A stretch of DNA of 64,000 nucleotides, from NCBI GenBank assembly GCA_020348345.1, contig CP070748.1, positions 1,293,051 through 1,357,050 of the forward strand. The letters are read 5' to 3'. Positions 9,380-19,313 of the stretch are shown piece by piece. This DNA comes from Methanobacteriota archaeon (GTDB taxonomy: Archaea > Thermoplasmatota > Thermoplasmata > UBA10834). The notes beneath the pieces were generated by a model that did no database searches, was not told the origin of the DNA, and saw only the letters and a program-made list of their open reading frames with translations. How positions within the stretch are numbered: the first letter of the stretch is position 1; each line of letters opens with the position of its first letter. The translations under genes were made by a program, and so were the position numbers.

Positions 9380-10474
9380 TCATGCTCCAGTCCATACAGG
9401 CGCGGTCCAAGCTGTGACGCCTTCCTCCCCCGAGAGGTTCGACGCGGTGGTTACCCTTATGTAGAAGTACGACGCGCTATCAGATGTCAGCGTCGTCGTC
9501 CATTCGACTTCCGCGCTGTCTGCGCTCATACTTGCCACTACCGCTCCGCCATCGGATACTATCTCGACAAGCTTGATTGCATCGACCGCACCATCTGGGT
9601 CAGATATCTGAACCGACACCTCGTACGCGCTTGCCGGCGATAGAACTGATCCCATGACGGCGCCGTTGAGGGTGTAGCGTATCTCAAGGTTCTTGTCCTG
9701 GGTGGCATAGCCTCTGTTTGCCTTCATGGCAGCGTACAAATCATCGGGGCTCAGGTCGGGAGCGAGCAGGACGGTCCTTACCTCGGATCCAGACATCCAG
9801 TTAGCGCTGTGAGTGTCCGAGTTTGCTGCTGGCATGATATGCCATCCGGCGTCCAGTGCCATGATGTAGCTTGATTCGTAGCCAGCGTTTCTGAGGTTCT
9901 CAAGGACGCATATACCCCGATCGCGGTCTTCACTGTAAAAGCTGAAGTTCAGGAAGTTCTCGCTGTAATATGTCGGATGGTTCCACTGGCCAATCGCGCC
10001 CTGCTGATCAAGCCAATCATAGAATTCAGGGAGCCGATCCTCTCGGTTCTGGGGCTGTCCTGGAGGAAGCTCTCGCGTGTTGTAGACGTTTACCTCTCCG
10101 AGGTCGGCAAGCAGCCAGAATTCGTAGGCTGGCATCGCCACGAACTCATCTGAGGTGTAGTAGTCCGCCGCCGCCAAGATATCATTCCATTCCGCAAGAT
10201 CGGCGCTCCAAGTGGGATAGGCGTTCCAAATTGCGATGTGGTCCGTTACAGCCATGAAATCAGCCCCTGCAGCAATGGCAGCTTCGTATGCTTCCCACGG
10301 AGTATCCGTGCCATCCGAGTAGGATGTGTGTGTGTGAAGATCTCCGAAATAGAGATTGTAGGCTGTTGTCCCCTTCGCATCCTCTGCAGAGCTTACGTTC
10401 AGGCTAGACATTGGCACAATCATTACTGCGACCGTCAAGATGAATAGGACGGTCTTAAATGCCCGGTTTTGCAT
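9380..10474 (-). CDS. Secreted PHP-domain metallohydrolase (CehA/McbA-like)
   Basis: GDLHTHTSYSDG...ADFMAVTDH PHP motifs. Signal peptide MQNRAFKTVLFILTVAVMIVPMSS. I chose the ATG at 10474, which has GGGGGGA 5 nt upstream; the track gives a TTG at 10495. Confidence 0.75.
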   Translation of the reverse strand: MQNRAFKTVLFILTVAVMIVPMSSLNVSSAEDAKGTTAYNLYFGDLHTHTSYSDGTDTPWEAYEAAIAAGADFMAVTDHIAIWNAYPTWSADLAEWNDILAAADYYTSDEFVAMPAYEFWLLADLGEVNVYNTRELPPGQPQNREDRLPEFYDWLDQQGAIGQWNHPTYYSENFLNFSFYSEDRDRGICVLENLRNAGYESSYIMALDAGWHIMPAANSDTHSANWMSGSEVRTVLLAPDLSPDDLYAAMKANRGYATQDKNLEIRYTLNGAVMGSVLSPASAYEVSVQISDPDGAVDAIKLVEIVSDGGAVVASMSADSAEVEWTTTLTSDSASYFYIRVTTASNLSGEEGVTAWTAPVWTGA

Positions 10475-10816
10475 GTGGTCCCCCCATAGGCTCAAAGACT
10501 ACTGACCCCCAATGCAATAAGCTGGTAATTAGGTTTGCCACTCGCGCCTGCCTCCAGTACCCGGGTGAATGAAGCTGTTCATTAACAGATGAGAATCACA
10601 TCCGTAAAAAGGCACTATCGGGCTGTCTGCGCGAGCGATGTTGACAGTGGCGCTTTCGTCTTCCGAAGACGTTGTCGTCAGGAATCGGCATAAGACTCCG
10701 ACCGATTCGTCTCAGAAGGCTGATCGCATACTTCCCTCATATGAAGCCTGACGCTTTTCGTGGCAAACTATATCATGGCAAATCTGAGTGACGAAGGCGC
10801 GACCAAGGATGAATCC

Positions 10817-11842
10817 ATGTCTTCAGAAGACGTCGTTGTGGTTGTCGATCAGCTGGAGAAAATCTATAGTGGGGATGTTCGTGCAGTGGATTCTATTTCG
10901 TTCAATGTCGAACGAGGAGAGATTTTTGGGTTCCTGGGGCCGAACGGCGCCGGCAAGACGACAACCATCTCAATTCTGACTACTCAGACACTGCCAACAG
11001 GCGGAAGGGCGGAAGTCCTCGGATACGACGTTGTGAAGGAGCCCGGCAAAGTCAGGAGGGGCATAGGCCTCGTACCTCAAGAACTGACGGTAGACGACGA
11101 ATTGACGGGCAGAGAGAACATGGAGCTCCAGGGGAGTCTATATGGCGTTCCATACAGCGATGCCAAGGAAAGGATAGACGAACTCCTTGATTTGGTTAGG
11201 CTTGCTGACTCGGCAGCCAGGAAGGTCAAGACGTATTCGGGAGGGATGAAGAAGCGTCTAGAGTTGGCCGAAGGGCTCATCCACAGGCCTGAAGTTCTCT
11301 TCTTGGACGAGCCCACACTCGGCCTCGATATCCAGACCAGAACCAGCATGTGGGAACACATTAACAAGCTGAAGAAGGAGACGAATATGACGATCTTTCT
11401 CACGACGCATTACCTTGAGGAGGCTGATGCGCTGTGCGACAGAATTGCCATTATCGATCATGGAAATGTAATAGCATTGGACACTCCCGGAGAGCTGAAG
11501 AAGGCGGTCGGAGGAGACGTAATCGAGATAGAAGTCACCGACTGCGATGAAGACATCCTTGAGATAATCAACGGCGTGCCAGGTATTGCGCTCATTGACG
11601 GCACTTGTGCGGAGAACAAGGCTAGAATCAAGGTTCCAGACAGCGGAGCGGCGCTGCCCAAGATACTCACCAATTTCATAACAAGAGATATCCAGGTTGC
11701 ATCTGTGATGGTTAAGAAGCCGTCGCTGGACCAGGCTTTCCTGGAGTTCACAGGTCGAGAGCTTCGAGACGAGGAATCGACTGCAGGCAACAGCAAGAAG
11801 GAGGCGGGTGCGCGCAAAGGCCGCTTCCGCAGGAGGCGTTGA
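10817..11842 (+). CDS. ABC-2 type (DrrA-like) transporter ATP-binding protein
   Basis: GFLGPNGAGKTT, YSGGMKKRLELA, VLFLDEPTLGLD. I chose the ATG at 10817 (AAGGATGA upstream). Alternative starts are a GTG at 10760 and an ATG at 10775. Confidence 0.85.
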   Translation: MSSEDVVVVVDQLEKIYSGDVRAVDSISFNVERGEIFGFLGPNGAGKTTTISILTTQTLPTGGRAEVLGYDVVKEPGKVRRGIGLVPQELTVDDELTGRENMELQGSLYGVPYSDAKERIDELLDLVRLADSAARKVKTYSGGMKKRLELAEGLIHRPEVLFLDEPTLGLDIQTRTSMWEHINKLKKETNMTIFLTTHYLEEADALCDRIAIIDHGNVIALDTPGELKKAVGGDVIEIEVTDCDEDILEIINGVPGIALIDGTCAENKARIKVPDSGAALPKILTNFITRDIQVASVMVKKPSLDQAFLEFTGRELRDEESTAGNSKKEAGARKGRFRRRR

Positions 11843-12681
11843 GTACTTTGATCAGGGAAACGATTGCGCTGATCGCGCGGGACCTTAAGAGATGGTACCG
11901 GACGCCAGCCCAGATCATCCTCGTCTTCACGACGCCCCTCATGTGGCTGCTTCTCTTCGGCCAAGCGTTCAACATCGGCAGACTTGCCCAGATAGGCGAT
12001 ACGATGACAGACCTGCGTCTAGTGTTCGGGGGGGCGACGGACTACTTCTCGTTCATGGCGATCGGACAGACTGCATTCATCATGCTGTTCGCGTCCTTCT
12101 TCAGCGGCGTCTCCATACTTTGGGATCGCAAGTTCGGGTTCCTGTCGAAGCTACAGGTTGCACCTATACCTCGCGCTGTGATTCCACTGTCCAGAATCGC
12201 CTCGTCCCTGGTCAAGTCGATGCTTCAAGCGGCGGTCGTGATTGTACTGGCTGCATCGTTCGTTCTCGTGCCTGGGCTAAGCGGGCTCAGATTCAGCCCC
12301 TCGTTCGGCTTTGCAGACGCCCTCGGCTTGGCTCTGTTTCTTGTACTCCTTGGAATCAGTCTTTCGGCACTGTTCGTCGCTCTCGGCCTTATAGTCAGAA
12401 ACGAGGAGACTCTGTTCGGCCTGATAAACCTGCTCAACTTCCCGCTGATGTTCACTAGCAGCGCTCTGATCCCGATAGCGCTTATGCCCGATTGGCTGAG
12501 AACGATCGCGCTCTACAACCCAATCACATTTGTGGTCGACGGGATGAGACAGCTTGTCTTCGATACAAGCGTGGGTGCAGAGTACACAGTTGCCGTAGAT
12601 TTGCTCGGAATAGGCATCTTCTCGGCGCTCATGATCGGTTTGGGAGCGTTGCTAGCCAGAAGAGCTTTGCTCAGAGGGTAA
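11839..12681 (+). CDS. ABC-2 type transporter permease
   Basis: 280 aa with about 6 TM helices. 4-nt overlap with the preceding ATPase gene. Confidence 0.8.
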   Translation: MSTLIRETIALIARDLKRWYRTPAQIILVFTTPLMWLLLFGQAFNIGRLAQIGDTMTDLRLVFGGATDYFSFMAIGQTAFIMLFASFFSGVSILWDRKFGFLSKLQVAPIPRAVIPLSRIASSLVKSMLQAAVVIVLAASFVLVPGLSGLRFSPSFGFADALGLALFLVLLGISLSALFVALGLIVRNEETLFGLINLLNFPLMFTSSALIPIALMPDWLRTIALYNPITFVVDGMRQLVFDTSVGAEYTVAVDLLGIGIFSALMIGLGALLARRALLRG

Positions 12682-12829
12682 GTGACAGGTGTCACTCCTC
12701 TTTCACTCGAATGGGCCCGGCGTTCTACTGCGATTCATGCGGGCTCGAGATAGTCCAGAGCCGGCAGTCGGAACGTCTGAAGAAATGGAGCATCAAGGCA
12801 TAAATACGAAGCACATTGTGACCCTACAC

Positions 12830-13327
12830 ATGAAGTCCAAGGACACGGGTTCCGAACCCTGCTGTCCGAAGTTCGATCCTGCGCCGTGGGAAGGTCGCAC
12901 ACACGACTGGACAGACAAGCTCTTCATAAAAGACAGCGTCAGACAGATTCTTCACAGACCTCTCCCAAGCAGCATGAAGAAGACCATAGGCAGAATGTGG
13001 AAGATGGCCAATGATGCAGGAGCAGCTCCTGTTTCTGACGATTTCCTGCTGCTTGCATATGATCCCACGCCGTGGAGGTCGGAGTTGTATATGGCAGTCA
13101 CCAAGGAAGTCTCCGGAGCAGAGAACTTCAGACTCTCCGGCACCTACATAACCAAGGTGTTTGATGGCCCTTACAATTCCCCGCCCAAATGGATAAGGGA
13201 CATGGATCGGTTCGTCGAGTCGAAGGGCAGGAAGGTGAAGAAGTACTTCTTCTACTTCACGACCTGTCCGAGATGCGCCAAGATCTACGGCCACAATTAC
13301 GCGGTGGTGTTCGCTCAGGTCGACTAG
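12830..13327 (+). CDS. Conserved hypothetical protein (CCPKFDPAPW N-terminus, C-terminal CPRC motif)
   Basis: MKSKDTGSEPCCPKFDPAPWEG...YFFYFTTCPRCAKIYGHNYAVVFAQV resembles an uncharacterised family I have seen in anaerobes. Internal ATG at 12830 chosen; the track ORF starts at 12689. Confidence 0.5.
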   Translation: MKSKDTGSEPCCPKFDPAPWEGRTHDWTDKLFIKDSVRQILHRPLPSSMKKTIGRMWKMANDAGAAPVSDDFLLLAYDPTPWRSELYMAVTKEVSGAENFRLSGTYITKVFDGPYNSPPKWIRDMDRFVESKGRKVKKYFFYFTTCPRCAKIYGHNYAVVFAQVD

Positions 13328-13373
13328 CCAAGCCGTGCTCTTTCGCCAATCGACGATTTACCCCCGGGTGCCC

Positions 13374-13390
13374 TTTTGAAATATCAGTAT
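13374..13390 (+). promoter_or_regulatory. Putative promoter element TTTTGAAATATCAGTAT (A/T box plus TCAGTAT)
   Basis: Ends 61 nt upstream of the ATG of the C11 peptidase gene. Related to the elements at 16112-16127 and 27814-27831. Confidence 0.35.
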
Positions 13391-13451
13391 ATCGATATCG
13401 GTCGGGGGGAAGTGCTGATTTTAACCGGCCCTCCAAGGTTGGGGAATAGAC

Positions 13452-14612
13452 ATGTGGAGAAAGATGAGTAGACTATGTGCGGTGCTTGTCTTCGGCGGCG
13501 CTCTCGCAGCGCCTGGGGTCATGATGGTTCCCAATGCTGCTGCGGAGACAGCGACATGGACTTTGGCACTGTATGTCAACGGGGATAACAACCTCGAAGA
13601 CGAGTGGGATGGCACGAGCCTGCCCCTCCTGCTGAACATACCCGCCAATTCAGAGGTCAATATCGTGGCGATGGTAGACCTGAAGTCGACCAGCGGGACT
13701 GATTTGGTCGAGATTTCAGGCGGCAGCTGGGATGTAGTGAACTCGTACCCGGAGAAGAACTTCGGTGACGGAGCGACCCTGGAGTGGTTCATCACGGAGG
13801 TGACGACCCTGTATCCGTCGGATAAGCTCGGCGTCACGATGTGGGATCACGGGTACGGATGGATCGAGTGCAGCATGGATGAGTCTACCCCGGATTGGGA
13901 CAGATTGCGCATGCCCGAACTTAAGGCCGCAATTGAGGGAGCAAACGTGAACATAGACATCCTCTCGTTCGACGCGTGCAACATGGGCAACATCGAGGTC
14001 GCGTATGAGGCATATACGACCGGATTGGTTGACTACATGGTCGGCTCTGAGGAGTCAGTGCCTTTTGACGGATACCCGTACGATTTCATGTGGACGCCTG
14101 TGGCAAACGATGAGACGCGCACGCCGGCCCAGGTGTGCGTTGACATGGTTAACGGGTGGGGACAGTACTACGACAACACCACCTTCACTACCGTCAACCT
14201 CGCCGCTGTAGACGTGTCGAGCATAGGCGCCTCCGCAAGCGTCTTCGACAATTGGTGCGGCCTCATGCACGCCAATCTCGGATCGTACGCAAGGGTCTAC
14301 ACTGACGCCTTGAAGAAGGCTTACTGCGCTTGGAGCACGAAGTACTTCGTCGATATGGCGGATCTTGGCGAGACGCTGTTGGCCGAAAGCAAGTTCTCGG
14401 ACGCTGACCTGCGCGCTGCCACAACTGCGATGGTCTCGGCGGTGGACGATGCTGTGCTGGCAGTCCATACATGCTCGGCTCTCCCAGATGCGAGAGGTCT
14501 AACACTCTGGTGGGGAACGAAGGGTAACTGGAGATCCTACGGCGATCTGTACCCCGATGTCCAGTGGGCTGTCGACATGGGATGGTACGACTTCCTGGCG
14601 GACTACAACTGA
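13452..14612 (+). CDS. Secreted clostripain-like cysteine peptidase (MEROPS C11-like)
   Basis: Signal peptide (LCAVLVFGGALAAPG). ALYVNGDNNLE, MWDHGYGW (catalytic His region) and LSFDACNMGNIEVAYE (catalytic Cys region). Confidence 0.75.
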   Translation: MWRKMSRLCAVLVFGGALAAPGVMMVPNAAAETATWTLALYVNGDNNLEDEWDGTSLPLLLNIPANSEVNIVAMVDLKSTSGTDLVEISGGSWDVVNSYPEKNFGDGATLEWFITEVTTLYPSDKLGVTMWDHGYGWIECSMDESTPDWDRLRMPELKAAIEGANVNIDILSFDACNMGNIEVAYEAYTTGLVDYMVGSEESVPFDGYPYDFMWTPVANDETRTPAQVCVDMVNGWGQYYDNTTFTTVNLAAVDVSSIGASASVFDNWCGLMHANLGSYARVYTDALKKAYCAWSTKYFVDMADLGETLLAESKFSDADLRAATTAMVSAVDDAVLAVHTCSALPDARGLTLWWGTKGNWRSYGDLYPDVQWAVDMGWYDFLADYN

Positions 14613-14629
14613 GGAAGCTAAACTCAAAG

Positions 14630-14653
14630 GCCCGTCCGTTTGTTCGGACGGGC
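14630..14653. terminator. Perfect 9-bp stem / 6-nt loop hairpin between the convergent C11 genes
   Basis: GCCCGTCCG-TTTGTT-CGGACGGGC, followed by T-rich TCAGTTTCTATTCTC. Lies 18 nt after the stop at 14612. Confidence 0.4.
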
Positions 14654-14779
14654 TCAGTTTCTATTCTCATAATCCTGCTTTGGCTTGACAACCATCGAGC
14701 GGGTTTCGCGGTTGTCATGATGCCAACGGCTGATCGAATATAATGAAAGAAGGGGTTTGAGAGCCTGTCTTCGCAGTCT

Positions 14780-16054
14780 CTAGAATCCCCAATATGTCTG
14801 AAGGAAGTCCCACCAGCCCATGTTCGGGAACTCGAAGGTCATGTAGTCGTTGTAACCGCCCCATTCCGACTCGGCGTACGCGATCGAGTACGAGCTGTGG
14901 CTCGCAGGGAAGGTTATGCCCATACCCTTGTATCCATACAGCTCCGCGTTCTTTGCTACTCCCATGCCGAGCATGGCCTCACCGTACTCGTCCAGTACGT
15001 CCACGCATGCGTCGTATGCGGGGTCGGTGTCCTGAACGTTCTCCAAGATGTATTCCACGAATGATGGCATGTCTATCCAGCTCTCGCCTCTGGTTCCCCA
15101 GGGCATCAACGCGCTCATCTGCGCGGCACCAATCACTGTCCGATACGATTCGATGTCGGCTGCGAGCGTGTCGGCCAGTGCGATGACGGCCTCTGCGAGC
15201 GACGCTATCTCGGACATATCGAATATCGACTGTGTCGTTAGTATCTCGCTCATGTACGGCGGCTGGCTGAACAGGTTGGTGAACTCATCGACGATGACAT
15301 GGCACAGCTCGAGCGCTTCCATCTCCGGGTTCGCGACGAGTTGCTGCATGATCTTGTCGTACGAGAATCCGCGCCATCCGATGTAGCTCTCGCTTGCGAT
15401 CATGTAGTCCGCATCTAGTCCGCCGGCAACGTATTCGTAGATGGTCTCCATCTGCCCGATCGAGCACTCGTCGCAGGCAACGATGTCAATGTGCTGTCCC
15501 TCGAGGGCTTCCAAGACCTCGTGGTGCGACAGCCAATCCCAGCCCTCTCCGGGCTCATCGCCCTCCATAGTCCAGTCCACGCCCACGCCGCCAGTCGGGG
15601 TGCCGTGGTCCCAGAAGAACAGGACTCTGCGCTCGGCCGGGAAGTTGGTGTCCGCGTACTCCACGAACCAAGTGAGCATTGCCGGGTCGCCCATATTCAC
15701 CTCGCCGAGGCTTTCGTCGAGCACAACCATCTCGTTATCCTCTATGTAATAGAGATACGCGGGCTCTTCGAACCTATCGGCGAGAATGAGAACATTGACC
15801 GCATCGCTGGAGCCGCCGTCCCTGAACTCCTGGTAATCCTCAGCGGTGCAGAAATCCAGATCGTTATCGGCGACTACGTACACCAGGACGGTCCACTCGG
15901 CAACCTCTCTCTCCTGCCCGCCAACCGTCTTGGCACCGAAAACGTCTTCCAAGAACTCTTGGGGCTTCGCTGCTGATGTGGCGGCGAGAGCCGAGGCGAT
16001 CATTATCACTGCTACAGAGACACTAGATAGAGTCTTAAATCTGATTTGAGGCAT
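14780..16054 (-). CDS. Secreted clostripain-like cysteine peptidase (MEROPS C11-like), second paralogue
   Basis: Signal peptide. VLVYVVADNDLD, FFWDHGTPTGG and IVACDECSIGQMETIYE. Strong GGGGGGAGGT Shine-Dalgarno 6 nt upstream of the ATG. Confidence 0.75.
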   Translation of the reverse strand: MPQIRFKTLSSVSVAVIMIASALAATSAAKPQEFLEDVFGAKTVGGQEREVAEWTVLVYVVADNDLDFCTAEDYQEFRDGGSSDAVNVLILADRFEEPAYLYYIEDNEMVVLDESLGEVNMGDPAMLTWFVEYADTNFPAERRVLFFWDHGTPTGGVGVDWTMEGDEPGEGWDWLSHHEVLEALEGQHIDIVACDECSIGQMETIYEYVAGGLDADYMIASESYIGWRGFSYDKIMQQLVANPEMEALELCHVIVDEFTNLFSQPPYMSEILTTQSIFDMSEIASLAEAVIALADTLAADIESYRTVIGAAQMSALMPWGTRGESWIDMPSFVEYILENVQDTDPAYDACVDVLDEYGEAMLGMGVAKNAELYGYKGMGITFPASHSSYSIAYAESEWGGYNDYMTFEFPNMGWWDFLQTYWGF

Positions 16055-16111
16055 AATTACCTCCCCCCTTAGCTGTGACCATGTAGGGTCTCATCCGCTA
16101 TTACCTTTTCC

Positions 16112-16127
16112 ATACTGACTATATAAA
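16112..16127 (-). promoter_or_regulatory. Putative promoter element TTTATATAGTCAGTAT (TATA box plus GTCAGTAT)
   Basis: Read on the minus strand. It ends 57 nt upstream of the ATG at 16054. The 11-mer ATAGTCAGTAT is identical to the one at 27814-27824. Confidence 0.4.
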
Positions 16128-16289
16128 CGGAGTAATGCAAGATAGCCCTCGTATCCATGAAGAACCATGTGACATATCAAACTCTCAGAGACGCGAATTG
16201 CGTCTATGGTTTCAATATAAGATGACAGCAATCGTTATCATCGCACGATGGCACTACACATCGCAGAGGGATGAGATCTGTCGGGTAAG

Positions 16290-17267
16290 TTGATCACCAT
16301 CGTCGCAGTGATTGTTGGCTTCATCCTTGTGATAGCGGTCATCGCCATCACGCAACCTGGGGAGAAGGAGGCGGTTACCAATAACGACAGGCTCATTTCC
16401 ATACCCGTCAACGCCACAAAGATGATCCCCGCCCTTGATGTGTTCAAGCCGGTGGTACTGTCGGACCTGTGGCAGCAGCCAGTGCCGATGCCTGGCCCGG
16501 TGAACACTGCCGGAGGCGAGGACAGCCCGTTCGTCACGCCCGACGGGAGCTGGTTCTTCTTCTTCTTCACGCCAGACGTTTCGGTCCCCGCGGAGCTGCA
16601 GATCCTCGATGGCGTGACCGGCATATGGTGGATGCAGAGGAACGGCAGCTCGTGGACCTCTCCCGAGAAGATCATCCTGCACGACGACCTCTCCCTCGAC
16701 GGAGCTCAGTTCGTGCTTGGTAACACGATGTGGTTCGCCTCCGTTCGCACAGGGAACTACGGCGAGATAGACATCTACACGGCCGAGTACGTCGATGGCG
16801 AATGGACCGATGTAACGAACGCGGGAGAGCAGCTCAATGTCGAATACGACATCGGAGAGTTTCACATCACATCCGATGGCCAGACGATGTTCTTCCACGG
16901 CGGGACGATGGACACCGCGGACGACCTCAACATATGGGTCTGCCAGAAGACCGAGGACGGATGGAGCATTCCCGCCAAGGTTCCGAATGTGAGCTCGGAC
17001 GGATTGGAGGGATGGCCGTACGTGACCTCCGATGGCAACGAGCTTTGGTTCACAAGCTTCAGCTCGATCGAGGGGTATCAGGGACCGTCCATCTATCGCA
17101 GCGTCAAACAGGATAACGGAACGTGGGGAGAGCCTGAAGAGATCGTCGCCAACTTCGCGGGCGAGCCCTCGCTCGACGATGCCGGCAACATCTACTTCAC
17201 TCACCACTATTTCACAGAGAACAGCGAGATGATCGAGGCGGACATTTACGTCGCCTACGCGGTTTGA
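16290..17267 (+). CDS. Membrane-anchored WD40-like (PD40/TolB-type) beta-propeller repeat protein
   Basis: N-terminal TM helix (ITIVAVIVGFILVIAVIAI). Repeated PDGSWFFF / SDGQTMFFH / SDGNELWFTS segments typical of PD40 repeats. TTG start as given by the track. Confidence 0.6.
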   Translation: MITIVAVIVGFILVIAVIAITQPGEKEAVTNNDRLISIPVNATKMIPALDVFKPVVLSDLWQQPVPMPGPVNTAGGEDSPFVTPDGSWFFFFFTPDVSVPAELQILDGVTGIWWMQRNGSSWTSPEKIILHDDLSLDGAQFVLGNTMWFASVRTGNYGEIDIYTAEYVDGEWTDVTNAGEQLNVEYDIGEFHITSDGQTMFFHGGTMDTADDLNIWVCQKTEDGWSIPAKVPNVSSDGLEGWPYVTSDGNELWFTSFSSIEGYQGPSIYRSVKQDNGTWGEPEEIVANFAGEPSLDDAGNIYFTHHYFTENSEMIEADIYVAYAV

Positions 17268-17282
17268 CCCTATATGGTCGCG

Positions 17283-19313
17283 TCAGTGGGCGACAAGTCC
17301 TATGACCATCAAGTCATCTAAGAACCGGAGCACGTCCTTCGCATCGGTCGGGCCGTATTCCGAGGAGACGAACAGAGTTATGTCATAGGCATTGCGCTTC
17401 CCATCTATCAGGTTGACAACCTCGTACATCTTCTTTGAGAAGCTGCTATCCCTCGATTCTGCCTTGGAATACCAATCGTACTTCTGCTCCCCGAGTCGTT
17501 CCGACAGCATGTCAGGGTCAAGCGTGCCCTTGAACTTACGCCGAGGTACAATCGTTTTCGCGCGAGCCTCAGACCTTGTTGGACGGCTCTTGGCGAGGAT
17601 CTTGGCCGATTTCTTCCCGGCCACTGCCTCCACGACCTTATCCAGCCGAGTCAGCTCTCTGCTGCCATGCTCTTCGAGCGCGATGGCTTGCCCTTCCACG
17701 AAAGGATCCGCACCGGCGACGGAATCGAGTCTGCATACGGACCTGACAGCGCGCGCGCCGATGTGCACGACATGCTCGACCCTGCGATGATGATGACGTA
17801 CCACCTCGCCGATTCTGCGCAGCTCCTCCGGATTACTTGCGCGGTCGAGCAGCTCTTCCGACGCTTTCTCAACTGCATCGGTTATGCGCTTCATCCCTCC
17901 AGAGGATGCCTTGCTTGCCATCTCATGTACGGTTCCAGTGTCGGCGTTCGCCAATGTCAGTGCTGAAACGGCAACCGTCCACCCAACGCGCCTCAGACTG
18001 TCCTCGCTGACGTTGTCGATGGTATCCATGCTGGTGTGGTAGTATAGGTCCGGCCACTGGGTCAGTCCCACGCAGGGCGCTCCGACGGTTGATTCGTTGA
18101 ACTCCGTATGGTCGCTTCCTCCGGAGAAGGACGTCAACATCGTCCTGAAGTTGCTCGGGATTCCAATCTTCGTCATGCTGTCGTATTCGGCATTCGACCG
18201 CTGCATCACGGAGTATACGAAGTCGTTCAAGTACGAAGGCAGCGAATCGGGTGTGCAGTCCAAGCATAGCGTTGACCGACAACGCGTCTGATCCTCGCCG
18301 ACCATGTCTAAGTTGATGCCAGCGATGAGCTTGCTATGCATCCTGGTATGTCTTGACAGATAGGCGACGGTTCCGATCGTCTCTGGCACCCATAGGAACC
18401 TAATGGTTCGTTCGGGACGTTCAATCCTGCCTGACTCGATGAGTGTCGTAACCGTTCTCGCGATTTCCATCAGCAACCCGCTGCCCGAGGCGTTGTCGTT
18501 AGCGCTAGGTTTGGGGTGACAGAGATGCGCGACCAGGAATATCTCCTCGCCCGGCCTTGTCGCGCCCCTTATGGTTCCCGTCACGATGCTGTACTTGCCG
18601 GATGACAATCCAGCATCGACCTCGGCGCGAAGCCTCACGGTCTTGCCATCTCTGAGATATCCTCTCAACTCCTCTCCTTGACGCTTGCTCAACGAGAATC
18701 CGAACCTGATCTTGCGGGCATCCTTTGCATTCGGCCAGATGCCCTGATATGAGTGGGCATCCGGGACATCGCTGCTCTCGCGAACGCCAGAGAACTCATA
18801 AGACATCGAGTCCGTTATTACGCCGATGGCTCCGCGCTTCACAACGGCTTCACGTTGGACGTCCCTCGCCTTGCCAGTAGCCAGCACAAGCCGACCCTTG
18901 ACCTTCCTGCCTGCATAATCCTTCGCTGAGGTGCCTTTGCCAACGTCCACCAGCTCTGCCACCACTCCTGCAACTGGCGTCCCCCTGCTGAACGTGTGCA
19001 GTGACTGGGGAGTTTCCGCAAACCTAGCAAGGACACATTCAGAGGGCTCGACCAACCTCAGTTCGGCGCTTCTAACGTCCCATCCCAAGGTTGAAGTGTA
19101 GGTCCAGTATTTGCGTCGACCATCAGCTGTGAATTCCTCAAGCCGGACGTCGTCCGCTCCCATGCGTTTCAGTCGAGTCCTTACATGTTCAGCTGCGTCG
19201 CGCATCATTGGCGACCCTTGAATTCTATGGAATTCGGTCAATCCAGCAACGTACGACTTGGCTATCGAGCCCGATAACTCTCCCTTTACCGCCTTCGCAA
19301 GCTCTATATTCAT
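17283..19313 (-). CDS. M28-family aminopeptidase-like protein (DUF4910-type) with a PA domain, probably cytoplasmic
   Basis: LVAHLCHPKPSANDNASGSGLLMEIAR metal-site motif. No signal peptide. ATG at 19313 (MNIELAKAV) chosen; the track ORF starts at 19349. Confidence 0.65.
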   Translation of the reverse strand: MNIELAKAVKGELSGSIAKSYVAGLTEFHRIQGSPMMRDAAEHVRTRLKRMGADDVRLEEFTADGRRKYWTYTSTLGWDVRSAELRLVEPSECVLARFAETPQSLHTFSRGTPVAGVVAELVDVGKGTSAKDYAGRKVKGRLVLATGKARDVQREAVVKRGAIGVITDSMSYEFSGVRESSDVPDAHSYQGIWPNAKDARKIRFGFSLSKRQGEELRGYLRDGKTVRLRAEVDAGLSSGKYSIVTGTIRGATRPGEEIFLVAHLCHPKPSANDNASGSGLLMEIARTVTTLIESGRIERPERTIRFLWVPETIGTVAYLSRHTRMHSKLIAGINLDMVGEDQTRCRSTLCLDCTPDSLPSYLNDFVYSVMQRSNAEYDSMTKIGIPSNFRTMLTSFSGGSDHTEFNESTVGAPCVGLTQWPDLYYHTSMDTIDNVSEDSLRRVGWTVAVSALTLANADTGTVHEMASKASSGGMKRITDAVEKASEELLDRASNPEELRRIGEVVRHHHRRVEHVVHIGARAVRSVCRLDSVAGADPFVEGQAIALEEHGSRELTRLDKVVEAVAGKKSAKILAKSRPTRSEARAKTIVPRRKFKGTLDPDMLSERLGEQKYDWYSKAESRDSSFSKKMYEVVNLIDGKRNAYDITLFVSSEYGPTDAKDVLRFLDDLMVIGLVAH

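Noticed and set aside
10499-10506. GTCAGTAG (minus strand) upstream of the PHP hydrolase gene, as a possible fifth copy of the GTCAGTAT element
   Set aside because: It has one mismatch, no adjacent A/T box, and lies only 24 nt from the ATG instead of 56-65 nt. Not counted as an instance.
10657-10671. Inverted repeat CGTCTTC-C-GAAGACG upstream of the ABC-2 operon
   Set aside because: It has only 7-bp arms, occurs once, and does not sit convincingly relative to the promoter. It could be chance.
16254-17207. 317-aa minus-strand ORF that overlaps almost the whole PD40-repeat gene
   Set aside because: It is an Arg/Val/Leu/Gly-rich shadow ORF typical of GC-rich DNA. The plus-strand frame has a TM anchor and recognisable PD40 repeats. 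The minus-strand frame has no motif or Shine-Dalgarno.
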